NCBI RefSeq assembly: GCF_022045235.1
Contig: NW_027266264.1
Span: forward strand, 48,918,001-48,982,000
DNA: 64,000 nt
Direction: 5' to 3'
Origin: Haliotis cracherodii
Taxonomy: Eukaryota
Shown here piece after piece: positions 24,943-38,849 of the stretch (the first letter of the stretch is position 1; the number at the start of each line of letters is the position of its first letter). The translations under genes were made by a program, and so were the position numbers. The notes below the pieces were generated by a model. It ran no database searches, was not told the origin of the DNA, and saw only the letters and a program-made list of their open reading frames with translations.

Positions 24943-26676
24943 ACTGTGCCAGGTCACAACACCAGGTGAGATGGTCTCAGTGAATGGGGCACAGTCTCTG
25001 TGAAGTCACAACACCAGGTAGATGGTCTCATTGAATGGGGCACAGTCTCTATCAGGTCACAACACCAGGTAGATGGTCTCAGTGAATGGGGCACAGACTG
25101 TGTGAGGTTACAGCACCAGGTAGATGGTCTCAGTGAATGGGGCACAGACTGTGTGAGGTCACAGCACCAGGTAGATGGTCTCAGTGAATGGGGCACAGTC
25201 TGTGTCAGGTCACAACACCAGGTAGATGGTCTCAGTGAATGGGGCACAGACTGTGTGAGGTTACAGCGCCAGGTAGATGGTCTCAGTGAATGGGGCACAG
25301 TCTCTGTCAGGTCACAACACCAGGTAGACGGTCTCAGTGAATGGGGCACAGTCTGTGTCAGGTCACAACACCAGGTAGATGGTCTCAGTGAATGGGGCAC
25401 AGTCTCTGTCAGGTCACAACACTAGGTAGATGGTCTCAGTGAATGGGGCACAGTCTCTGTGAAGTCACAGCACCAGGTAGATGGTCTCAGTGAATGGGGC
25501 ACAGACTGTGTCAGGTCACAACACCAGGTAGATGGTCTCAGTGAATGGGGCACAGACTGTGGCAGGTCACAACACCAGGTAGATGGTCTCAGTGAATGGG
25601 GCACAGACTGTGGCAGGTCACAGCACCAGGTAGATGGTCTCAGTGAATGGGGCACAGACTGTGGCAGGTCACAACACCAGGTAGATGGTCTCAGTGAATG
25701 GGGCACAGATTGTGGCAGGTCACAACACCAGGTAGATGGTCTCAGTGAATGGGGCACAGTCTCTGTGAAGTCACAACACCAGGTAGATGGTCTCATTGAA
25801 TGGGGCACAGTCTCTATCAGGTCACAACACCAGGTAGATGGTCTCAGTGAATGGGGCACAGACTGTGTGAGGTTACAGCACCAGGTAGATGGTCTCAGTG
25901 AATGGGGCACAGACAGTGTGAGGTCACAGCACCAGGTAGATGGTCTCAGTGAATGGGGCACAGTCTGTGTCAGGTCACAACACCAGGTAGATGGTCTCAG
26001 TGAATGGGGCACAGACTGTGTGAGGTTACAGCGCCAGGTAGATGGTCTCAGTGAATGGGGCACAGTCTCTGTCAGGTCACAACACCAGGTAGACGGTCTC
26101 AGTGAATGGGGCACAGTCTGTGTCAGGTCACAACACCAGGTAGATGGTCTCAGTGAATGGGGCACAGTCTCTGTCAGGTCACAACACTAGGTAGATGGTC
26201 TCAGTGAATGGGGCACAGTCTCTGTGAAGTCACAGCACCAGGTAGATGGTCTCAGTGAATGGGGCACAGACTGTGTCAGGTCACAACACCAGGTAGATGG
26301 TCTCAGTGAATGGGGCACAGACTGTGGCAGGTCACAACACCAGGTAGATGGTCTCAGTGAATGGGGCACAGACTGTGGCAGGTCACAGCACCAGGTAGAT
26401 GGTCTCAGTGAATGGGGCACAGACTGTGGCAGGTCACAACACCAGGTAGATGGTCTCAGTGAATGGGGCACAGATTGTGGCAGGTCACAACACCAGGTAG
26501 ATGGTCTCAGTGAATGGGGCACAGACTGTGTGAGGTCACAACACCAGGTAGATGGTCTCAGTGAATGGGGCACAGACTGTGGCAGATCACAGCACCAGGT
26601 AGATGGTCTCAGTGAATGGGGCACAGTCTGTGTCAGGTCACAACACCAGGTAGATGGTCTCAGTGAATGGGGCACA
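24943..26676 (+). repeat. 51-bp minisatellite, about 34 copies, with a 765-bp higher-order duplication
   Basis: AGGTCACAACACCAGGTAGATGGTCTCAGTGAATGGGGCACAGACTGTGTC. Rare variants recur 765 bp apart. Confidence 0.97.
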
Positions 26677-27084
26677 CCTTGGACTGCAGTCAGGACACAC
26701 TATGTTGTTATGTGCACAAAACCACTGATAAATGTAGTTTCACTGAACTAAACTTGATAAATACATTGGCAATGACAACATGAACACACTTTATGCACAG
26801 TATGAATTTCACAATGTGAAATCGTCTAGCTCATGTTGTTTCCTGAGTTCAAAGATTGATCCCAATTATTCCTCCCTTTGGCCAACTTACATTCCAATTC
26901 TTTATTTAGGAGTGTTCGGTGGCATACTTAAAAATAACAGCATATCTATTTGGGTTGAAACAATACAGCAAGGTCACGATATATAGGTCACAATATGAAA
27001 AATAATGGGATATCCATGTTTATGTCAAATCACGTTGAAACTTACTGACTTTTGATTTGTCAATAGGTTCCAAAGGAAAAGCCT

Positions 27085-27150
27085 ACCTGTGAAGATCCAG
27101 AGTAGAATAAGTCTTCAGCGACTATGCTTCTTGTAAGAGGCGACTAACTA
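27085..27150 (+). mobile_element. SINE family B 5' fragment
   Basis: ACCTGTGAAGATCCAGAGTAGAATAAGTCTTCAG...GTAAGAGGCGACTAAC. Confidence 0.8.
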
Positions 27151-28478
27151 ACTCCTTTGAAATGTTTATACAAGTCCTTCATCAATTTGTTTGAAGATTG
27201 CCTTTTGTATCAATTTAAACAGCAATGTTAAAAGATCAGCAATGGTAATGAAAATGGATTTTCCAATGTGCATCAACCAAACCCCAAGTCCTCAATGAAA
27301 ACAATGCTCTCGAATACTGCATATTTCACATTTTAGACCTAGACAACATTGCCTGTTTAAAAATTCGACACAGAAAACATTACCAGAATTTTGAAGGAAA
27401 GAAGTGAAATTCTGCCAATGTTAGTCTCTGCTTCATGTGCCGGTGTTCCCTTGCCACCAAATATTGTCCAAATTGCTGATTTATCCTGACCAAGTTTATG
27501 TAACTTGGAGACAAACCACCCTCTCTCTCACAGCAGGCGGAAACTACTGCAAGGAACATGACAGCATTTAATCCAAACCTTGAGCAAACCAGTGTCTCTG
27601 TGTCCTAGTCTCCCTGCCTATGCACACGCAGTTGATCAAGTCACTCGTCCCAGTCCAGGCAGAACTTTCCATAGTACAACATTCATAGAAAACAGGTGTG
27701 CATGTAAAAGCAAGCAATTCTCTGTGCTTGCATAAACACATATTTTATATTACACATTTGCAAAAGGCTACTCTTACACAGCCTACAGAAATTCTACACC
27801 ATGAAAGGCTCTGCCTAAATTTGTATATGGAAACAAAAAATGATTTAATTCAACGAGGTTATTAATGTTTCAGACACCGCTAAGGATGGATGTCATTTAA
27901 ACCCTCTCTTACTTGATGCATGAAATTGGAATTTCTTGAGGAATGGGTGGCAGATGGTCGGTACCAAATACTTCTCATTGTTCACACAGTATGGAGAATA
28001 ATTGAAGAAAATTTGACTTCCTGCTGCAACTACAGTTTGCCAAGAAAACATTGTGTTCAAATATTGAACCATCTTCTGATATGACAATCTGGTTTCACAT
28101 GCCAGTGGATTCTGACATTGGGCAGGTTGTGGTGTGCAGCAGTTTTAACTGCCAACTCATCCTGACGTTATACTATCGTGCACATCAAACATTCACTTAA
28201 TCCATCATAATCAAAGGCAGAGTTTCGTGCTCTGAAACCTTGGCAACGATCCCTGACATTCCGTGATTTGTATATTTGTATATTTAGGCTAATCAATTTC
28301 ACCTTACCAGTACCACTGATAATTGAATTGGATTTGCAGCTTAATCCTCTGATGTCAGTTTTGATGAGAAAAAAGTAATGTGGAATAAATACATGTACTG
28401 CAAGACAAGGTAGTGTTTTATCACAATACATACCTATTTGAAATTTTGACAGATGTATGGGCAACAAAAACTGAAACA

Positions 28479-28948
28479 CAAGGGTAGTTGTATTGATCCT
28501 ATTGCTGCAAGGGTAGTTGTATTGGTCATATCACCACAAGGTTAGTTGTATTGGTCATATCACCACAAGGGTAGTTGTATTGGTCATATCACCACAAGGT
28601 TAGTTGTATTGGTCATATCACCACAAGGGTTGTCGTATTGGTCATATCACCACAAGGGTAGTTGTATTGGTCATATCACCACAAGGGTAGTTGTATTGGT
28701 CATATCACCACAAGGGTTGTCGTATTGGTCATATCACCACAAGGGTAGTTGTATTGGTCATATCACCACAAGGTTAGTTGTATAGGTCATATCGCTGCAA
28801 GGGTAGTTGTATAGGTCATATCACCACAAGGTTAGTTGTATTGGTCATATCACCACAAGGTTAGTTGTATTGGTCATATCACCACAACGGTTGCTGTATT
28901 GGTCATATCACCACAAGGGTAGTTGTATTGGTCATATCTCTGCAAGGG
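28479..28948 (+). repeat. 29-bp minisatellite, about 16 copies
   Basis: AAGGGTAGTTGTATTGGTCATATCACCAC. Confidence 0.96.
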
Positions 28949-29526
28949 ATAGTTCATCCAAGTTCTGTTTTGTCAACAGTTGTCATAAACAGGTTACTTG
29001 TTGCTCAAACATTGCAACCATGATTAACTACCTGCACTTTAATGTACATAGTCCTTGTTCAAATGCAGTAAATAGTTATGTTGGGTTAAATCCTTAGCAG
29101 GGCATTCACTCAAGCGTCTTGTGTGTTTTGTGTCAATGCAGCGGCTGTCTGCTTCTAGATTTGTTAAACCAGCATGGCCCTTTGGGCTGCCCCATTGAAT
29201 GTGTGCTCACTAGCTGAGACTCTTCACACCGATACTTGAATAATAACTGCTTGAATGAAAATGAACAGACAAGCCCATTCCCACTGCATTCAGCAGGTGT
29301 GCATAATGTCTGATTCGTTCACTTCGTTGCTGCCAAAATTGTCTTAAAGCTATTTTTCAATTTTGGTAATGATATAGTGGAATAGCCTGTGAAAAGTTCA
29401 TGAGTCCTGACAATGTCCTGATGCCATGAGTGTATGGCAGTATCACTGGAAGAAGTGTTGTAGTTATTTTTTTCCAATTTAAAATATAATGTAGAGTTTG
29501 TGAATATTTGGTTTTGGATCACATTA

Positions 29527-29949
29527 GGGAGTTGTTCAAAAGGTTAATGTTAGACAAAAAGACTTAATTCTTCTGTGAGCAATATCAAGGAAGGATTTTG
29601 AACTGGCACAGTTTTCAAAGTATTTCATCTCATTTTATTAAAAATAGTGATGTTGTTTAATTTCAGAGTATGTCTGGTTGAGTATTGTGTTTTGTTTGTT
29701 AATTGAACTGTAGCGTCCTTAAAGGGTTGATTTTGGCAAATGGGAAATTTGCACAACTGTTAACGTCCCCACCCCAAAACTTTCACAACTGTTAACGTCC
29801 CCACCCCAAAACTGCACAACTGTTAACGTCCCCACCCCAAAACTTGCGCAACTGTTAACGTCCCCACCCCAAAACTGCACAACTGTTAGCCTATACTGAA
29901 CTTCAGGAATTCATATTTGTATCCAACATTAACCTTTTGGACTACTCCC
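29527..29949. mobile_element. MITE (PIF/Harbinger-like ends) with an internal ~32-bp tandem repeat x4
   Basis: tta-GGGAGTTGTTCAAAAGGTTAATGTT ... AACATTAACCTTTTGGACTACTCCC-aaa. Repeat TGCACAACTGTTAACGTCCCCACCCCAAAAC at about 29750-29888. Confidence 0.7.
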
Positions 29950-32900
29950 AAATGATGTCCACAAAATACAAATTAGAAATGTAAGGCTGTGGTTATTTTA
30001 ATTTCTTGATGTGATATAGCGAAACATCAAGGTATGTTTGAAAACCTATTAAAGGTATGTTATTGTTGGAGTGGGAGGAGCCAAATGAATTGCTTTCTAA
30101 CTATTTTCTAATTATCTTGTACGACAATCAGTGCTATGTCATAGAAAATATTATGTCTGTAGTAAGCCGTAAATTAAGTTTTTTCTTCAATGAAAGCAAA
30201 ATTAGGGTAACAGCCATTGTGTTTGTGAACTATATTTATCTAGTTGTAAAATCAACACACATAGTTAAATAGGTTGTACTTTGTCAAAAACAAATAATTG
30301 AGCAGTTTGTGAAGTAGAATTGTTAGAAATGTGCATGGAAGATAATGTAAATAATCAGTCCGGTGTCCAATTTGTCTGTTTCTACGTTATAAGGAAGGCA
30401 GTAGGACAGGCAGACGAGCTGAAACTCAGCCGATCATGTCATGTTTATTTTGTCTGCCATTCTGAGGGCTGTAAACAAACGCACAGTACCTGATAACCCA
30501 CCTTATAAAGTCTGTTTCAAACATCCCGTATTTGATCAGATCTGTGGCTTTGTGTCTTCGTGTCTTGACTATCACTACCACCATACAGGGGAAACGTTTG
30601 TTGGCACAAGTCAGGGCTCACGCATTTAGTGGGATCAAATTGGAAAAGCTTCAGCAAAAATGTATGGCATGTTTTTGATGGAATGTGATTATGCTGTCAA
30701 TATTATGTGGCAAATGATACGATTTTATGTTTATGACGGCTGTCATATTGAGAATAGTGTGTAGTAGTTTGAAAATGGAATTAATCAGTGTCCTAGAAAA
30801 TTGTATAATTTACATTTGTGAGTCTTAAACTGGCCTTGGGAAGGATTGTGAGGAAACTGTTGACAGCTGTAGAAACATGTTTGTGTTAGTTGTAGAAAAT
30901 GTCTGACCTGTCACATTCTGGTATTGTTTGTTATATCCTTCTATGGTTACATGAGTCAGATGCAAGGATGCTTTCATTGCCATCAGAGACAAATGTACCA
31001 GATTTGGCAAGAGGTGATATAAGAAGTGAAGGGTCACAAAGGCGTGATCATGGTGACCTGTATAGGTGCTAGTGCACGATGTACCCTAAGCATGTTGTTG
31101 CCAGGAGGGAGGGGCTGCGGAGACAAGCAGATCAGGTTGCTGTTGCACCCCGTCCCCACACATCCCAGTTTCCCCTAACTTGGAGGGAGAGGAACCCTGG
31201 GTTTATTTGAACACCATTGTTACCTGGTGAAGTCTGGCGGTGTGTATAATTCACTACAATTGCCAGATTGAACAAATGGCCTGCATATGTCGGACTGCTC
31301 GCCACTTCCGGAGACTGTCCTGAGAATCCCTCTCCCCAACTGGAATCCCAACATTTGCGATATGCTTTAGACCAACTATAAGTGACACTTCTTTTTAAAG
31401 GGAGAAATGACCAACAGTTCCAGGTATTGTCATTGTAGGCAGTTAGCAGTGGCACATCTATAGCAAGTGAGGCTGGTATTTCTCAACTGGTGCCCTCGGT
31501 TTGCTTCCAGTGTAGAGGGGGAGGGCCAAGATGAAAGGGATGAACCACACAAGGGGAGGCAGTCAGACTAGACATGCTTGTCATTTCAAATCTCCAGTGA
31601 AAAACTGAACTTGTCTTTTCGCAGGTGAGACAGTGGGTTTGCAGTGAGGTTTATACGATTGCAAGAGCTGAGGTTCCACATTCTAACGGAAACTGAGAAT
31701 TACCTTTTAAAATAACAAGATTTAACCAGACAAAAGTTTCCTTTCTACACAATATTTCCTTTAAGATTTCATGTTATTTTTCTCAAATATCAAGGATGTG
31801 ATTTGTTCAAATGACCTGTCTCTTTTGTTTCACAATGGATTAGCACTATTTTGTAGTAGTTTTTACATGTTTAGGATATCAAAGTCAGTAATTTCCTGAT
31901 CATATAATTAATGTAATCCTATAATCATCACGATTATGACTCCCTAAATAATTTTGGATGAAGCTGAACTGTTCCTTCAAACCCCCTCCTACATTTTTTG
32001 CCACTGCCGTCCACACATTTAAGCTCACATATGTTTCAAATGATCCTTTAAGCCATCAAAAATGAATTGAGATACAGTTACAAATAAATCTGAAACTGCA
32101 CCAAGCTAAATCCCTTGGAATAACATTCCAGTATCTTTTAATCCTCAGACCCTGTAAATCAAAGAGGTCATTCCTCTCTCTGTTATAGGTATTGGAACTT
32201 ATGGCAAGTTAAATGTTTGCCTGAGAGAAACTTTGTCCAACTTTGTGTCGTTGGAGATACCAGGTATTTTGATTGCACTCCTCTTGGTCTGTTGGTTTAG
32301 AACATCAGGCCATGGTTGGATTCCACCAATCCCATAACTAAAATGGGCTGTTTGTCGAGATCAGCATTGCATCAGTTTAAACTTGCCTCCTAGAGATTTG
32401 CATTTGTAAGAATTAGGGTTGGGTATTATGCTCACACCTCTATCCAGCATCAGCTGTGATTTCTGAGTCTTTGGAAACAATGCAATTGAAAACCATGCAT
32501 CATTTTTTATGCGTAAAATGGGCTTTCATACAGCCGTGTTTGTCTGACTTTAACTCTTAACTACACACATTATCCTTAGGGAACTAGTATTTTTTAGAGG
32601 GTTTTCGAAGAAAGAATTTGGTTTTCTTTGACTTTGAAATATTCATCTTCTGAATATCTTATTAAACATAATAAACATGATCTGTGTGATTTGGCCCAGA
32701 TTTATGCAGGATTCTTTCTTTAATCCATTAAAGTAAAGAGCATTTCAGTTTCTTTGCATCTGTGGAGCTTAAAAGTGAAAGCTTAGTATTTGTTTCTTAG
32801 CTGACATTGTGTTTGACTTCTTAGTTGAAATCATGTTATGTTATGAAGATACAAATGACTCCTTTCAAGCAGCTTTTCTTGTAATATGACTTCTCTCTTT

Positions 32901-33861
32901 CATGCTTTTGTCTATTTTGAATCCACACAACTGGGACTATTTTGTAAAAGGTTTGTTTATTGAGAGTGTGATTAGCTGTAAATCTGCTTCAAAGCAAAGG
33001 GAAGTTTGCAAGATAATAGCATAGCTTCCGGTTGATTGTACTGCACATTGGTAGAGTAAGCCACAATGGGCCCTGTTAAGAAGGTTAGCAATGTTAGGGG
33101 ACCAAAATTGCTTGGAAATTGAAGGTCATTTGTTATTTTCAATGACTGTGGCCCCTGGCAAGGAGTGATATCAATATTTTGGATAACAATATCCTGCTAT
33201 TGTATACTGAACAACAAAAGTTCCTGTGACATTGAATAAGATTTAATTCAAAGTTATGTTTTTTACCAAATCTGAAACAATTTCAGTCTGCAACAGATAA
33301 AACATTCCTGTAAGTGTTCAAATGGTTTAATGGATGCTTCTTGCAGTCAATGTTGCTGGCTGGAATCGATTTTGTAGGTGTGTTGTTTGAATCCAGTTGT
33401 CTTGTCAATTGGTTACGCAAGGCCTGCCACTCCATGAATGGTCTCTGACTGCATTCGACTAAATGGTGTTTCTGTGGACGTTAAATTGTCTTGCAACATC
33501 ACGTTGCCTCGATCCTGCTTCAAGCATACCAATGGCTCGCAGACGCTCATTTTCGGACAGGCGTGGCATTTCGTAATGTTGAATAATTGCATAATTTTGT
33601 TGTTTTTTTTGAGTGGTTGTCAGCACGATGCTAAGCAATGCATATGGAAGTCAACACACATGATTTTATACCCATTCTTGGGTAGTGAAATGCATGGGGC
33701 TTGCATAAAAATCAACTTTTTGCATGGAATGCATGCTTTTCTGTAGCAGTTGCGTTTTTGTGACTCGATTCGTTACATGTACTACAATATTGAAAACCAA
33801 ACTTTACTTGTTTGAAAAATACACTAAAATATTGGTGTAAACACACTGTAGTATGTGTATA

Positions 33862-33918
33862 GTGAGTGAGTGAGTTAAAGCTTTACATCACATCGGCAAT
33901 ATTCAGCCATATCGTGAC
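33862..33918 (-). mobile_element. SINE 3'-tail fragment (inverted copy of 34573-34630)
   Basis: Reverse complement identical except for a 1-nt indel. Confidence 0.85.
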
Positions 33919-34572
33919 AGTATGTGTATATAACACAGTAGTATGTGTACATAACACTGTATCATGTGTATGTAACACTGTATCGTGTATATAACACTGT
34001 AGTATGTGTACATAACACTGTATCATGTGTATGTAACACTGTATCATGTATATAACACTGTAGTATGTAAACATAACACTGTATCATGTGTATGTAACAC
34101 TGTATCGTGTATATAACACTGTAGTATGTGTACATAACACTGTATCATGTGTATGTAACACTGTATCGTGTATATAACACTGTAGTATGTGTACATAACA
34201 CTGTATCATGTGTATGTAACACTGTATCATGTATATAACACTAGTATGTAAACATAACACTGTATCATGTGTATGTAACACTGTATCGTGTATATAACAC
34301 AGTAGTATGTAAACATAACACTGTATCATGTGTATGTAACACTGTAGTATGTGTATATAACACTGTAGTATGTAAACATAACACTGTATCATGTGTATGT
34401 AACACTGTAGTATGTGTATATAACACAGTAGTATGTAAACAAAACACTGTATCATGTGTATGTAACACTGTAGTATGTGTATATAACACTGTAGTATGTA
34501 AACAAAACACTGTATCATGATACACATGATACAGTGTTATGTACACATACTACTGTGTTATATACACATACT

Positions 34573-34630
34573 GTCACGATATGGCTGAAATATTGCCGAT
34601 GTGATGTAAAGCTTTAACTCACTCACTCAC
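34573..34630 (+). mobile_element. SINE 3'-tail fragment inserted in the 21-bp array, 12-bp TSD
   Basis: GTCACGATATGGCTGAAATATTGCCGATGTGATGTAAA...(ACTC)n flanked by TATACACATACT. Confidence 0.85.
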
Positions 34631-37605
34631 TATACACATACTACAGTGTTATATACACGATACAGTGTTACATACACATGATACAGTGTTATATACACAT
34701 AGTGTTATGTACACATATTACATTGTTATATATACTCATGATACCCATGATACAGTGTTATGTTTACATACTACAGTGTTATATACACATACTACAGTGT
34801 TATGTACACATTCTACAGTGTTATATACACACACTACAGTGTTACATACACATGTTGCAGTGTTACATACACATGAGACAGTGTTATGTACACTTTCTAC
34901 AGTGTCATGTGCATGATACAGTGTCATATATACATGATACAGTGTCATATACACATTATACAGTGTCATATACACATGATACAGTGTCATATACCCATGA
35001 TACAGTGTCATATACCCATGATAAAGTGTTATATGCACATACTACAGTGTTATATACACATGATACAGTGTTATATACCCACGATACAGTGTTATATACA
35101 CATACTATAGTGTTATATACCCATGATACAGTGTTATATACCCATGATGCAGTGTTATATACCCATGATACAGTGTTATATACCCATGATGCAGTGTTAT
35201 ATACCCATGATACAGTGTTATATACCCATGATACAGTGTCATATACCCATGATATAGTGTTATATGCACATACTACAGTGTTATATACACATGATAGTGT
35301 TATATACCCACGATACAGTGTTATATACACATACTATAGTGTTATATACCCATGATACAGTGTTATGTATACACACTACAGTGTTTTATACCTATGATAC
35401 AGTGTTATATACCCATGATGCAGTGTTATATACCCATGATACAGTGTTATGTATACATACTACAGTGTTATATACCCATGATACAGTGTTATGTGTACAT
35501 ACTACAGTGTTATATACCCATGATGTAGTGTTATGTATACATACTACAGTGTTATATACCCATGATACAGTGTTACATACCCATGATGCAGTGTTATTTA
35601 CCCATGATAAAGTGTTATGTATACATACTACAGTGTTATATACCCATGATACAGTGTTATGTATACATAGTACAGTTTAATATACCCATGATACAGTTCT
35701 ATATACCCATGATACAGTGTTATATACCCATGATACAGTGTTGTATACCTATGATACATTGTTATGTATACACACTACAGTGTTATATACCCATGATACA
35801 GTGTTATACACCCATGATACAGTGTTATGTATACATAGTACAGTTTAATATACCCATGATACAGTTCTATATACCCATGATACAGTGTTATATACCCATG
35901 ATACAGTGTTGTATACCTATGATACATTGTTATGTATACATACTACAGTGTTATATACCCATGATACAGTGTTATATACCCATGATGCAGTGTTATATAC
36001 CCATGATACAGTGTTATGTATACATTCTATAGTTTTATATACCCATGATAAAGTATTATATACCCATGATGCAGTGTTATATACACATACTACATTGTTA
36101 CATACCCATGATACAGTGTTCTATACCCATGATGCAGTGTTATATACCCATGATACAGTGTTATGTATATATTCTATAGTTTTATATACACATGATAAAG
36201 TATTATATACCCATGATGCAGTGTTATGTACACATACTACATTGTTACATACCCATGATACAGTGTTCTATACCCATGATGCAGTGTTATATACCCATGA
36301 TCCAGTGTTATGTATTCATACTACAGTTTTATATACCCATGATCCAGTGTTATGTATTCATACTACAGTTTTATATACCCATGATACAGTGTTATGTACA
36401 CATACTACAGTGTTATATACCCATGATACAGTATTATATCATGGGTATCACCTTGCAGTCAGTTTCTTAACTATTGTCCACCTGTGTCCGTGTTCAGTGT
36501 GTATACCATGTGTAATGGTTGCCCTGCAGATGTTCAGCGTTCAGTGTGATTAGCTGTGTCTGTGTCTGTGTGTCACTATTCAGCCCCAGCACAGAGATGT
36601 GACCTGACAGTGAGGCCCAGTAACCCTCCAGCCTCATCTAGCCTCATCCAAACTTACTTAATTGCCCAATTACCAAAACCTCTGCACCTGCTGAACTGTT
36701 TCATTGTCAACTGAATTTCTCATACTCATTTTCTACTGTTAGGACGTGTTTTGTCAGGACCTGCATGACTTGAGCCGTGTCCAATGTTATTTCCTCATTC
36801 AGTGTACGGAATTATAGGTGTGGCGACCTGGGAGAGGGTTTCAGTTGAATGGTGTAATATTTGACAATGAAGATAGTTTGCTGTACTTCTTTCTTTTTTT
36901 TTGATAATGGAGATATAATTCAGCTTATGCTGTTCAACTAAGATTGTTAGTCAGCCATTTGGCTTTCCTGCTCATGTTTTGTAAGCATATTACTTATGTA
37001 TCAAACACAATCATCTTCAAATTCCTTTATTGACATCAACAATAGAAAGTATGTGGACCAGGTGAACACATCAGCATTGCAACTAAGCATTATCAATGCA
37101 ATTTTTGGAAGTGACTAAAAAGTGTTGACAACCTATCATCTGGTAGGTCCTTACAGCCAGATAGGAGCTGTTCACAGGCAGAAGACAGCAGCATGTAGAC
37201 ATTTTGTAGTATCTGTACGTCAGCAGTAATTATAGAAAATGTTTGTATAGAAAGCGTTTGTTCTGCAAACTGGAGCCCTGTTTGTATTAAGTTCCTACCT
37301 GTCTTAATGGAGCCACTCTTGTAAACACATGTTTTTACCTGCTTGTAATTGCCTAGGGCTGATCGATCGGAATAAAATTCATTCCTGTTGACTGGAACAC
37401 AAGCAATGTCTCCATGCACAAGGAAACGGTCGGAAGAGGCAGTTAAGGTAGTCAGAGACCTCGATACTGGCACAGACGGGATTGGATTTTCTATGATTAT
37501 TTATTCTTCAGTTTATTATCATGAAAGTGGTCGTTCTTGCATGTACTTTAATCCTGAGTTAGAGATGTAGATTTGAAATGTGCTGTCAAGCTGTCAGTGA
37601 TTAGT

Positions 37606-37831
37606 TGGTTTGTTGGTTGGTTGTTTTACGCCGCACTCAGTAATAGTTCAGCTATATGTCTGAAATAATCAAGTCTGGACCAGACAATCCAGAGACTGAT
37701 ATTATGAGCATCGATCCACGAAACTGGGATCGATGACATGCTTCATCAAAGTCAGTGAGTCTGACCACCCGATCCCGTTAGTGGCCTTATACAGCAAGTA
37801 TGGTTGCTGAAGACCTATTCCACCCCGGATC
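37606..37831 (-). mobile_element. SINE family B, single-core variant, 12-bp TSD
   Basis: TCAGTGATTAGT at 37594-37605 and 37832-37843. Confidence 0.9.
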
Positions 37832-38849
37832 TCAGTGATTAGTAATGCCTGTGACTGTCCATGACAGAATACTCATAACTGGGCCATACAGAAAGAGTTT
37901 CATGGTTGTTTAGCATGAAGACAGTGATGGTTGTCAGGCTGGAAAATGTGCTTCATCATTTCCTTTAAACCATTCATTCTATGAATAGTGTCCACATGCC
38001 TGAAATACAAAAGAATTTTTCTTTCCAACGTCATAAATACCTTGTTAAAGTATCTGGTAACACTGCTTGTATGCAGAATCCAATTTGGTAAAAAACTGAA
38101 ATGAGCTGTGGGTACCTGACACACAGCTGATTTCAGTTGGTCTGTAAATACATAGTCTGTGTTGAGTTCATGAGGCTGCATAAACTTGTTTTGATGTTTC
38201 TTGTTTCTCAAATGTGAGGAGGGGAGAGGAGTTTTTTCTTGTTTCTTTTTTAAAAGTGAAAACAAAAGTGATGACTGGAACACTTTTTGTTCGCTTCTCA
38301 TCAAGAATACAAACAAACACAACTGGGCACACACAGCCCTTTAATACAATTTAATTTAATGACAGTTGTTAATGAAGGATGACAGTCCACTTTTTATGAT
38401 TCAGGAAATTTGAGTTTTTGTTTTTTCTTTGGCAATAAAATTGACCGACCTGCAGGATTTAATGTGACATGCCGATGACCATTAAACACTTCCCTTTTTT
38501 GTTTAGCCTAATACTGTGGCTTCACAATAACTGTATGTGCCGCTGTGTGTATTCAGTGTTCCTACATCTCGGGCGCACCCTTGTTGTGCTAAGGGTACCT
38601 GCTAATTGCCCAGTCTTGTTCAATGGACAATATTATATCCTCTGTGTGAGAACACCATGCTACACCACACAGTTCTTTCAGTTTCTTTTAAATGAAATAC
38701 CATGAAATTGATTAAACGCGAGATCCATTCATCCATGTTTAGAATCATGACTAACAATGTTTGCCCACTCCGAGGTTGAGATCTCCAAAGGCTGTAGAAA
38801 CCTGAAGGAGAATATTATAGAATTTGGTTCACTTGGACCAGGAAGCTCT

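Larger units (their letters stand above)
33843..36432. repeat. 21-bp minisatellite (about 2.6 kb) that switches orientation at about 34517
   Basis: ATACAGTGTTATATACCCATG-type units read reverse-complemented at 33843-34517 and forward from 34518 to 36432. Confidence 0.97.

Noticed and set aside
24954-26751. Long repetitive ORFs on both strands (141-247 aa)
   Set aside because: Read-through of a 51-bp unit (a multiple of 3), interrupted by a duplicated stop, intronic, with no unique coding flanks.
33883-36553. Many overlapping His/Thr/Tyr/Cys-rich ORFs
   Set aside because: Translations of the 21-bp minisatellite in several frames.
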